A stretch of DNA of 64,000 nt from Zygnema circumcarinatum SAG 698-1b (lineage: Eukaryota; Plantae; Zygnematophyceae). Below, one piece after another: positions 33,032-52,600 of the stretch. The stretch's first letter is position 1. Each line of letters starts with the position of its first letter. Where the stretch lies: contig CM074807.1 in the NCBI GenBank assembly GCA_037447605.1, positions 992,001 through 1,056,000 of the forward strand. The letters are read 5' to 3'. The position numbers and the translations under genes are program-made. Under the pieces are notes generated by a model. It saw only the letters and a list, made by a program, of their open reading frames with translations, did no database searches and was not told the origin of the DNA.

Positions 33032-34657
33032 ATGGCTGTCCGACCCCTCCTCTCATGGCGGCCCTTCGTCATGCCCGCGCGTGCGAGCGGTGCCTCCATG
33101 CATATGGCTACCGGGAGGAGGCCTTGCGCGGTGTCTAATTGTGAGGAGAGACAGCCATGGCCGAGCAGAGGGAAGCTGCTGCGCCAGGGAGCAGCCATGG
33201 AAATTTCCTCAAGAAGAGAGCCTGCAGGTCTGCGCTGGCACCATAGCCTGGGTTTGGGTACTTCCGGTCGTAGCTTGATCTTTAGGGTTTCAGAATCAGA
33301 TGCAGGAATTAGAGTCAGGGATGGGGCGAGTTTTAGGGTTAGGGTTTCGTCCATGGTGGGTGGAGGAGGGGAGCGTCTTGTACTGTACAGCAAACCCGGG
33401 TGCTGTCTGTGTGACGCTTTGAAAGAGAAGCTGGAGGCGGTGCTGTACTTGGGAGACAAGGGTATTCTGGAGGGAGTGCAATTGGAGGTGAGGAAGGACA
33501 GCTGTAAGAATCAGAGTAGGGAAAAGAATGGGTAGGGGGAAGAGGAGGAAGGTCAAGATGGGATGAGTTGCTGCATTGGGGATAACCTTACTTTTAGTTT
33601 TGATGTTAGATTTAGGCTCACCTTTAGGGCTGGAGTTGATCTAATAGTAAGGGTTGTCAATATGAAGGATGGGTCGATATGAATGCAGATTGAGTTTTAG
33701 TATGAAGATTAAGTGAAACTTGGGATGAAATTGTTAGCCAGGGTGACATCACGTCTTTTGTAATTTGACTGAATTACCTTTGTGAATTGTTGTGCTGCTG
33801 TTGCTGCTTGCTTGCTGGAGAGTGTGAGCTCTCTTATTACAAGGATAAAATAGTCGAACCTGCTAACACCTCCAGTTTATCTGGATCGCGCTTTAGAAAT
33901 CGCATTCTTTCGTTCTGGCACATCACGTAAACCCCCATCAAATTTTGGAATTCACGTTTATTTGGAGGAGGCATGTAAAGAGGGAGCGTTCCATTCTAAA
34001 ACAAAGCCGAAGAGATCAGCTTATAGTCAACCCTTGCATTTGCTTTGAAGCTCTTGGAAGGTCTTATTCGTTTGATTATAGGTTGATGATTTCCTCATTC
34101 AGCAGTTGCGGCGGTTGATGTGGTCAGATACGTGACATAACCACAAGAGTGGAATGGGAACAAGCCTATCAATATGAGATCCCAGTGATGACACGCTTAA
34201 CAGAAGCAGGGAACGAGGTGATGCTAATCCGAGACTCTAAAATCCTTGTTTAGATAGAGCGGTTGTGGCGGGTGAGAGTGAGCTCAGATCTCAACATATG
34301 TCAAGATTGTTGATTGATTATGGAAGCTTTTGGAAAGTGGATTATGGTTATTAGCACTGTGAAGGCATTGATAATTTTAAAGTGCATCTTTAGGTGAATT
34401 GTTTGCCATTTCCACATCTTCAAATTCAGCTGAATTCTTTTGGTTTTGAAATCGCCAGTCTTCTTGGCTCGCATAATGCTTGTAGATAGATGAGCAAAGG
34501 CATGGTGTAGAATGGGCTGTAAAGAAAGAATACTGCTCAATGGTACCTTTTGTTCATCTTCTTTCTCTGTCGATTTTGACAGGTTCCTATTCCAAGGCAG
34601 TCTCCTCGGGTCACAGTGGACCGACTAAAGAAGCAGCTTCAAGCGGCCTTTTCTTAA
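33032..34657 (+). CDS. DUF836 glutaredoxin-like protein with a putative transit peptide (3 exons)
   Basis: LVLYSKPGCCLCDALKEKL (CxxC); exon 2 IRDITTRVEWEQAYQYEIPVM; exon 3 VPIPRQSPRVTVDRLKKQLQAAFS* ending at 34657. Confidence 0.85.
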
Positions 34658-35528
34658 GCGGTCGGTCGGAGGTGTGCTTGAGAGGGAGGCAACTCGTTTT
34701 TAAGTGTCAATATATTACAAATGCTCAGAACGGCGTCTCCTATTCAAGGACTGGAGAGAGCCCCCATTACATTTTTGTTTAGGTTCGGAAGCTTGCGCCC
34801 CTTAATTTTAGTTTTCGCACACGGAGAACGGTACAGTTGATGCTTTACATGTTCCAGTGTTCCATTACATATGAATGGAACAATCAGAAATTATCTGTGA
34901 TTCCTTGTTCAACCGTGTCTCTGTAAACATGTTGGTTGTTGGACCTTGTTTCATTTTGAACTGTTGACTTGCCACGTACACTATTTTGGCCACGTAGCGA
35001 CTTGTTATTGGAAGATGGGCGGCGATAAGTTCGAAAGAAAAAGAAAGGTCCCAATTCTCTATGTTTGATGCACTTAATAGAATTGCATTGTGCAGCAATC
35101 GAGTCAAAGACGAAGGAAAAACACAAAACACGAACACGATAACTCCCATAGGGACTTCCAACCACTTGCCATTCAATGCCACATCTCTCTCTTGCCATTC
35201 AATTCTTTATATAAAGCTTGTTATACAGTCTACTGCCGTGACCTAACTTTTTGGCGGAGCTATTTAGCTTTGCAGAGCAGTACAGCGGAATCCGTTGAAC
35301 TGTCAGCAGCAATTGACTCAATCCCTCGACCAGAAACCGGCTGAAGAGCAGCGTTGCTATGCACATCCTGAACCCTAAACTTGGAGTGAACAACCTTCCA
35401 AACAGATAAATGTTTCACTGCATAAACCAAGATTTTAAACTTTGCGAGCTTCTAACCACTAAGATGGAGACCGGTCCTTCCACCCTCCCATGCAGTCAGA
35501 GACTACCCGGGGACCCCACGTGTCCTAA

Positions 35529-43253
<7,725 letters not shown>

Positions 43254-44897
43254 TCTGCTCGACCTCCGAGTCCAGCCCTAACTATCACCCTCTGCAGAGC
43301 AGCACATTTTTTAAAAGTTCCAAAGTAAAGAGTTATGTGAAGTAAAAAAGAACAAAGGTTCTTTCCCGCATACATGCTTTCGCCTTCACGAAAGTCATCA
43401 GCACAGGTTACACGTCGGAACCGATGTCCCACCATTTTTAAACTTCATCTACTTGGTAAAGTGGCAAAGAGGAGGCCTCAGAATTGACATAACTCGAAGC
43501 CAGCCACAAAAAACATTTGTGAACGGCCAATTGACAACAGGAATTTTCTACAAACTTATTTCCACAAAGTTCCTGCATCCCTACCTTAAAAGTAAGACGC
43601 GGAAACTCCTGCCAACAGCGAATTATCCTTGCGCACAAAACCGGAAATCAGCTACCTTCCACCGCGCTCACTTCCACCTTTTGATCACCTGCCGCCCTAA
43701 CAGCCTTGCAAATCCTACTACAAGCTCCAAGAACCTTGCAACCCTAAAAATCCCTCAACTTCGACCGCCATGCCTGCGACTCATTGCAGCCAAAACGCCC
43801 GTAGCATAGCCCTCTCCTGGTCTTCGGCATTCCCCCCCCTCCCTTGACTCCGCCTCCCTCCCCATAGCCGGCTCTACTTTGCTTTGCGCACACCGCCGGC
43901 CGGCTCGGCGAGGCCTCACGCCGGGCGGGAGGAGCGAGCTGCAACCGCCATGGCTCGCACTTAGACACGAAGGCCAACGGTCCATCAGCACATGGGTCAT
44001 GCATGGGTCAGGTACTCATGGTCCCTTGGACTCATGGTCCTCATGGATGGATGGGAAGATGGGCTCCCACAACGTCATGTCATCTGTCAAGATGCTACGT
44101 GGCGCTGCGGCTATGCGCCACGTTGCCTTTTTTGCCATGCATGATGCATCTAGCACATGCATGCATTTCGCCATGCCATGCCATGCCAAAAAGCATGCAT
44201 GGAAACCATTAATAAATAAGACGCAATTGAGAAAGGCTTGCACATCAACGTAACCCCAAGGTTACTTTTTACTGTCAGAAAAGCGAGGCCGGCCTTTCAC
44301 TGAGATCCCTGCAAAGGAGTCCTTTTGCAGGCAGAAAGTGAATGAATGGCTTATGGTTCCAATCACTTAAACAATTTGGGGGTGTGCATCAAAGAACCAC
44401 GAAACACTGGGAACCCAGACAAGTGGCCCGGCTTTGATGCCAATGTTACATAAGGGTCCGGTCTGTTTTAGGTACAGGGCAATGGCCACTTCAAGAATAG
44501 CGTGTTCTTGGCCATTGAAGGCATATCATAAGGTGTGACGGTGAACCGAACAAAAGCATGCAATTCACACATGGAACATATGGGAGTTCACTGGGAGTAG
44601 GTGTCTCTCTTTTCATGTCTTCGACCTTTTATTTTTGCGACAGCAACTCTTAGAATCTTTCTATTTACATTGCGGTGCCTTGTTAAATAGGTAACATCCT
44701 ACAGTGAAGGTAGTAACTACCCATGTCATTATGATAGCAGTAGAAATAGGACATCGCTTATTCTACAAATCAAGCGTGTACGGTCAAGAACATACCCATT
44801 CTTGCTTGTCCTGAGCTTGACAACCTTACCAGCCCTACATTTTCAAATGTCTGAAGAAGATATTACATTGGGAAGGCATTCCAGCATGACCTCTCTT

Positions 44898-47615
44898 TCA
44901 AGCTGACATTCCTTCAATCTGCGACAGAGTATCATCCTCTTCGCCTTCTTCTCTGTCAGGCAGAGTAGGCCGGATGAAAAAACCGCAAAACAAGGTCTTC
45001 ACCGCATAGAGCGTGAATGTCGAAAATGTGCAAATTCCGAGAACCAGGAGAAAGAAATTGACCCAGAAGTACTGCCCTTTGAAAAAGCCTTTCGCCAAAT
45101 TGACTAATCCATATTGAAGCGGGGCTGTCAAAAGAACCCCAAACTGTGCAAGGCCAAACAGCTTTCCGAAATTGACGAACCCAAAGATGCCGGCGATATA
45201 TGCAGCCAAGGAGCTGAACACAAGCGGTCGCGCCATAGAGAAGGCCGCGTATCCCAACCACTGCAACAGAATAATTGCACATTCTATGCGTTCAGAACGG
45301 GTAAAAACCAAGTTGCATAAGTGAAAGCACGTTGTGAATACAGATATGAACAGAAGATGTCGAAAAGTTAGCGTTTCCACTGTCTCTATGCTTTTTCAAG
45401 GTGCGCGTGGGGACTCACCTTAGCCTCCATTGGCAAGACATTAGGCAGAATTGTCATTGAAAATACGGTGAGAAGGCCTCCTCCACACGCGAACGCTGGT
45501 GCGAGGCCCAATCTTTGTAAGATATAGCTCACAGCGGGCACAAAGAGTGCTCCGCCGAGAGGAAGTAATAGAGAGAAAGCAGATGTATATTCGGCCGCTT
45601 CTTCCATAGCAGCCTGCCGGGGCATTCCAGAATTAACAGCCTCCTGAAATACTTGATCTCCAAGTGTTGTAAGGTTGAAATTCATGAGGAGGATGAAGTA
45701 GGAAAGGACCATGGTAATGCCCAGGAAGGGAAGGGACATGGCTTGAGACCTGAAGTCAACATTATAGAGCTGGGGGGGCCTTGGAACCGTGTCCCTGGCG
45801 AAGGAGTTTTCCCGAGTTAGGGTGGAGAAGATCCTGATCTTTTGATCTTCTTTCAGTAATGGAGTTGTTTTTAAGTCCTCTTCTTGTACTTGTTGTCTGG
45901 CTACAAGGATTCTGCGGATAAGCCATGTTCTGTGCGATTCACTGAAGTTCTTAGGACCTTCCTCTATGCCATAAGCTTTTCTTGGAAAGAGGAGAAGGCT
46001 TGTGACAAAGATAACGACCGGAACAGCCTGCGAAGTTGTCGACAGATACACACACATAACTGTAAAACCGAGACAGCCTTGCTAGTTCTATCATATTTCA
46101 AACCAGGCAATCGAAGCGAGCCATAGAATGTCTACCTTACCACTGACATAGAGGTACAACCACAACTAATGACTTCAGCAACAGTAATGCTTGACATGAT
46201 GCAGATGAGACCCCTGAGAGACACCTTCCTCCAAGCCAGAACAGGACAGGGAACAGGACTACCTGCTTCACTTACCGTGTATGACAGGAAAACCTCTTGG
46301 AAAGTGAAGCCGTATCTGGAAATCAAGATATGGAAAACAAGAATGACGACCGAGGATAGTTGATAAGCTCCATTTTGCACACTGATGATGGCGGCTGCAT
46401 GGGTGCTATACAACTCTGCAAAATTGGTCTGCAAAGAAGGACAATCGGTAGACAAGTTGTTCACAGCCCCTCAGCGGAATCCACTTGGGAAGGGATAATT
46501 TCCTGAATGGACTCTGACATGGACCACTATCCTCATGCATTCAAGCACATCAACAGCAAAACAAAGCTGACTAAACTTCACGGGTGGGGAAGAAAACATG
46601 ATCTAATTGAACACCATGATATCCACTACTGTCCTACGTGCCAATTTGAAGGGAAAAAACGAAATGGAGAAAGCCAAAGAAGGACTACGTTCAGAGTTCA
46701 GTCATCTACCATAGATGTTGAGATAGTCGTTCCTCCAACAGCCAGAGCGAAGAAGCCATAGATGTAAGCTAAATTAGAAGTAGAGTGTCCAAATGCAATG
46801 GACACAAGACCAGAGGCGAAGATGAGAGAAGCAATGCAGATCGTCATCCTGCACAGTCGTATGCCACAAGAAATGTTGAGGAAGAGTTTTCGATTTTCAA
46901 AAGGAAAGAAAGTCTATTGACATAATATTTATGGCACTGCCTCACAAGGAGTGCTGCATGAGTTGGCTTAGAAAGTAGGGGGGAAATGCAGATAAGCGCA
47001 AAAAAAGATGACCGAAACGATAGTAGTTTGGGAAATTTTCAGGGAGCAGCTAAAAGCATACCGGGGACCGGCATAGTCAAGGACAACTCCAGCCGGGAAG
47101 GCTGCTCCGGAACAAGCACTCATCGCCACTGTTATGGTGAACGCTATCCAACGCTCCTGAGCAGCGCAGGGTAGCTCCTCCCCGTCCAAGCACAGGGTGG
47201 AAAATGCGCTTCCGTTGAAGGCGAGTGTCCCTGCCAGTGCAGGGAACCCATAAATAACGCCTGTCCACGAAATTTAAGTAAAAAAAAAACAAAGAAAGAT
47301 AATCGGTAAGTATGAAAATAAAGGCAAAAAGTCACTCATAGCAACTCGTTACAATCGGACAGACGCAGACATTGGAAGGTACTTCTAAGTGAAAGGCGTG
47401 AGTTATGGCCTCATCTTCCTTTGGTGAAGTTGAAACCGTAAACCCTACAAAAGTAGAGATATTCGAGAGCACTTGCCTGAAGTTAGTAGGTTGAAAACCA
47501 CCGAAAGGCCAACTGCGGCTGCTCTTGACAGTGCTCCGGTCCTCCAGGCATTGCTCCCTGTGTGATAGAGCACCGCCAAACTCTTGCTGTACCGCAGGAC
47601 CGTTCGGGAGACCAT
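44898..47615 (-). CDS. SLC43/FMP42-like MFS transporter, copy 2 (6 exons, first intron GC-AG)
   Basis: GVIYGFPALAGTLAFNGSAFSTLC...C...GVVLDYAGPR and FGFVNFGKLFG. Same exon layout as copy 1. The start codon may lie further upstream. Confidence 0.8.
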
Positions 47616-48429
47616 TAGTGCGTGTGGATCTGCTGGTCTGGAAGCAAAGAACGGAAACAGGAAACAGAAAATGCGAATAAGAGTGAAAAATTTGCCATAT
47701 GAAAATTCAGTTAATTTGTAAACTGCATTTCTCCAAAAATGCATCCATGAGATACACTGGTGCTGTGTGTACCTGCCAATGATGCGTTGATCTTCAATAC
47801 CTGGCTGGGACTTGCATGGATCATTGCATTGTATTGCAAGGGGGGCAGCATTACTCTTGGTTTGTGATGACAACCCAAACATAAGAGGACCTCGTTCCAC
47901 TCCTCTCATTTGGTTAGTCACACACACATGCTACTGATAGAGATATGCAGGAAATGCGACCAAGGAGCACCAAAATACGGCAAAGCTTCCATGCATTCAT
48001 ACATTTGTATGAAACATTTAACTCTCATGTGCTCTAGTCTGTTACACATTTCACAGTTCCGAGCTACGGCGTATTACCTGTCACTGAAACTCCAGCTCTC
48101 CTCCCCCCTCTCCTGCTCGACCTTTCCGTCCTTCCTTCCAGCTTCTTGAAGTATACGTATCAAAGGCCTGCGATCCCTGCTCCCTTACGATATCCTTTTC
48201 TGAAAGCGCTTGTCACGGATTTAGAAACCCTCTGCTTCCAAACTTCCAGATTCAAATTTTTGTGAACAAAACTCACACGCCTCTCCGCCACACCCCCCAG
48301 ACGAAAAGGCGGTGACAATAGCATGGATCATTAGAATGCGTACAGCAGAATCCAAAATTTCGTCTTCTACATAACGAATGTAGGTACTCGTTCCGTAGAG
48401 GTTCAACGACGGGCAGGACAGTGCTCACT

Positions 48430-49300
48430 CCAAGGAGCCACGTGACCCCGAAATGAGGACACGTGGACAGTCGATCACACGTGGCAATCGTCCATTGGTC
48501 CTAATGTGACCGTCCAAACCATTTCGTACGTATCGGGATATTAAGATATGGTCCGTACGATTGGCCGCCGGCGGGGCCCAGAGGCGGGGAGCTTCTGGAC
48601 TGCAGGGGACAGCTGTCGCAACCCAACCTTACCACGTGTCGTGTTTCTATTAGCTTGTGTCCTGCCACGTAGACCAAGAACGACGCCGCTGATTGGCCGA
48701 CTGCCATCATTTGACAGGTCGTGCGTTCGATACGGTAACGCTATGTTCCGTACGGTGTGTTGATGAAGTCATAGCGCGGTACGGTGCCATACAGTGTCGG
48801 GCGTTGCACTGTACGGTATCGAACGGAAAATCGGCACGAGTTAGGGCTGACTTGGGCCGACCGACGTTACGGTTACGGTTACGGCTGCGGCGGTTACGGT
48901 TGCGGTTGGGGTTGCGGTTACGGTGACAGCTTCGCTGTGCGGCAAGCTCATCCGAAATACTTGGACACTATTGGCTGCCTGCGGACGTGGCACGTGCGCG
49001 TGTGCCTTTGTCACGTGCTCTTACTTCTTGGAATCTCCCGCCATCCTCGAATTCCATTGGCGGACATTTTCTTTTTCCCATCTTCCCTTCCAATCACAGA
49101 TCTCCACGTCATAGTTTGCTTACGTGGCAAGCTGTGATAGGCAAATGGTCTATCCAATGGCCCATCCCATGCATCATAGTATAGCGTATTATCACGTCAC
49201 GTCACATCGCGTCACGTGGGGGGCAGCTTGCAGTGGGTCCGTCGGGTCCTGGTCGGAGGCGAGTGTCGTGGGGGGCGGCCTTAGGGCACACGTGGCGCGG
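48430..49300. promoter_or_regulatory. G-box/ABRE-dense CpG island between divergent MFS copy 2 and the SMP-C2 gene
   Basis: At least 8 CACGTG (about 48439, 48460, 48478, 48633, 48990, 49013, 49213, 49288) plus ACGTGGC and CACGTC variants. Confidence 0.65.
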
Positions 49301-49375
49301 CGCGACGCGCCCATTGGTCGAGCACCCGTCAAAGGCCGTCAGCGCCTGCCTGCCTGCCCGCCGGCCTGCCCGCGA

Positions 49376-49478
49376 CAGCTTGCCTGCTTGCCTGCTTGCC
49401 TGCTTGCCTGCTTGCCTGCTTGCCTGCTTGCCTGCTTGCCTGCTTGCCTGCTTGCCTGCTTGCCTGCTTGCCTGCTTG
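49376..49478 (+). repeat. (GCTTGCCT)n octamer repeat in the 5' region of the SMP-C2 gene
   Basis: About 12 near-perfect units. Confidence 0.9.
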
Positions 49479-49613
49479 GCTTTCATATGTATGTGTGTAC
49501 GTATGTAGGGGCGCGAGGAGGCGGCAGGGAGGCAGGGAAGGGCACTGAGGGCAGGCCGCCTCCCTCGGTGCTTGCAAGGGGCGGGGGTGGGGGCGGGAGC
49601 AGCTGCAACAAAC

Positions 49614-52600
49614 ATGCGGAATTTGATGGCTAGGCGGAAGTCGGCGCTGGTGTCATTCTTCCCGCGCATGCTGCAGTGGGTGCAGAGGCGGGCCCCGCAA
49701 CAATGCAATTCTCAAGAGTGTGAACCGATTGTCTTTGAAACGGGAGAGAACAAGCATTGCAAGCTGAGTGACGAGCCGACTCACACGTCGTTTTCACCTC
49801 GCGCTCTGAATCCCTGCACGTATGAGCTGCAGTCGAGGCTAGAGGCTTTGATTTCGAATGCTCTGCTCTGGCCCCTCTTTTTTCACGTAGTTGTGGTCCT
49901 GCTGCTGCAATGGTGCGCTGGATACGTTCAGTTCAACTGTCTGTTCAGCGTTTTCTGCGGAGGAATTTATCTCCGTGAGGTTGATCGTCGGCAGAAGGAG
50001 TGGCTGGAGATCAGGAAAAGGAGAGACTTTGAAGAAGAGAAATCTCGGTATGCTTCAATGCTTATTTGGCTTTCATCTCTCACGCACTCGCGTGTGTCTA
50101 TGCAAGAGAGAAGGTAGAAGAGGGAGAAGAATGAGGTATGCCAGGCGTCTGTCGTTTTATGGATCCCATTTAATCGTCATGCCATCAGGTTTTATATTTG
50201 CAGGACGATAGAAAACACGAATGTATGGCGTCTTAATGCATTTATATATTAATCACTTTATCAACCTTATGAGCGTGTAATGCATCAAGAATTACGTTGC
50301 GCAAATGTTCATGTGCCAAGGACGTCTTTCTCTTATTTAAACCAATCGCTGCTGTGGTTCTTCTCTGTCATTACTGTAGAATCGTACTTTTCTACGCTTT
50401 CTTAAAACTTCATATCGTCAAGAGGCACCTTTACATCTAGTGCCAATTTTTTTCTGATTGCTTTGCATCACAGGTTCACGTAATAAGTGAATTACAATGA
50501 GGTGATAGGTGGTGATCGAAATGCAGAGCAAAGCCCTTCACGGACACGGAGAGTATGGAGTGGTTCAATGCTTTGATGGAGAAAATATGGGGTTCCTGGC
50601 TGGAGTTCATGCTTTCCAAGATGGTGGCTGAATGTTTATACGCTAATATGGAATTTTATAAACCTCAAGCTCTGAGCAAACTGTCTATTGCGGCCCTCAG
50701 TCTCGGAAGCTCTCCACCTATTTTCAAATCAGGTACATATTCTTGCCATTTTTATCTTGAAGACAATATGCAGTCTTAGTAGGGCTGTATGTTAGTTGTC
50801 TTATCACCAAAATTCCCGGAAAAGTCGTAACATTATAGAGAAATGGAACTGGAGGCATTATGCAAATTCGGTTATTTTGTCCAATCTATGGTGTTTCTGT
50901 ACTGTCGCGTTGATTTGAAAACAATTGTTTGAAGGAGGATACTGGCCAGGGCATATTGACTTTATGACTAGTGCTGCTTCTTTGCCGCAACTGAACTATT
51001 GAAACTAAAAATTCTCTCCAGCGTTTTAATTCATGGCGCGAAATCTCGCTACTGCAAGATGGTGCTTGAGCAATTGCCAGTGGGCTATATTGACGTTATT
51101 AACTACAGTATACGGAATAAAAACTATTTCTGCTGACATTCAGATATCTTCGTTTTTGAATGGCTAATTCCTGCTGATACATTACCTATGATGGAATCCA
51201 ACTCTTCAAAAGTTCTCCCCTTGCCAGTCCTTTGAAATGACACTCAGCTTTCTGAACTGAACAGCATCTCCTGCTCTGCCCTGAATACTGCAGTGAAGGT
51301 ATACCGTGTTCATGACAAGCTTGAGGACCCGCGAGTCACGCAGAAGCAGGTCTTGTCTTTGGACCAAGAGGTAATAGTGGAGCTTGACTTTTCCTATGTG
51401 GCCGGTGATGGCATGCGCGTTGAGTTCGATGCAAAGGTGAGTGCTTGTGTCCTTTGCCCATGAAATTTGAGATGAGAATTACAAACCTGGGATTAGAGCT
51501 TTCTGTGTATTTGCTGGAATTGCGTTTTACAGTATTCACCATCTTACCATATGGAGCTAGTTTTGGGGAATTCCATAATGACATGACGTGCCTTTGTCTC
51601 CAATAAACGAGTTTGTGCCCGTTTCTGACGTATAAAAAGACTTGGAGTGGGAGTGAAAGTGCGCGCTTTTTTCTTTATTTTATTATTCCATGCTGCTTGT
51701 GCTTGGAACTGTTTCATTGCTCATTGACAGCAACTTCTGGACAGTTTCAAATGTGCATCACAAGACTTCCATTTCCGCAATCGAGTTTGGTCTAGAAGCG
51801 GCTGCCTCTTTAGACCATAAAGACCATAAAAAGGATGTACTTGCTGGATGTTTGTGGCATTTGCTCTGACTGCATACATGTTAGATGAAGGGGTTTTAGG
51901 GTTTTTAGGAGAAGATTGTCCACTGCACTTATGCTTGAAGTGTCTATTTGTTACAGGATTGAAATGATTCCGAATTGTGTCAAAATTTAGCATTTTTAAT
52001 CATTTTTAGCGTTTCGTTCATGTTTTGAGATCTCATTCATCCAAATCGGCATTGTTTCCAACACTTCCTCAGTCTATCGTCCATTCCCACACCCTCGTTT
52101 CGCTCTTCTTGTCATCTTGATAAGACAATTTTTTTTTCTGATCCATCCCTAACACTGCTTTGAGAGCAGATGATGGGAATCGATTGGCGACTTGTAGGCA
52201 ACAATCTCGCCGTGAAAGGCAAGCTGCGGGCAGGGCTCAAATTTGTGCCATACTATCCCTATGTGGCCCTGCTTAAACTATCCTTTGAAGACATTCCTGA
52301 GCTGCATCTCAGTCTTCGCCCCCTCTCCTCCAATAGTGTGGATGTTTTAGACCTGCCCGGAGTGGCCAGCTGGGTGGTGAGTGCTTTTTTTTTTTTTTTT
52401 TTCCCGTGTTTCAGCACAAGACTGGATTTGGGTCGATTCTGAAAAGAAAGTAACAGATGCTGCTATAGAATTCAGGCCCAAATCCAAATGGGTGCAAATG
52501 TCTCGTTTATAGCTTTTGGGGTTGAACATTCTTAGAATCAAGTAGTCGACATGCAGCATGGGGGGGCTCTTACTTTTGCATACTCTGCACTTTTTGCATG

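Noticed and set aside
49124-49708. (LPAC)n and (QAGK)n ORFs
   Set aside because: Translations of the octamer repeat in the promoter/5' UTR.
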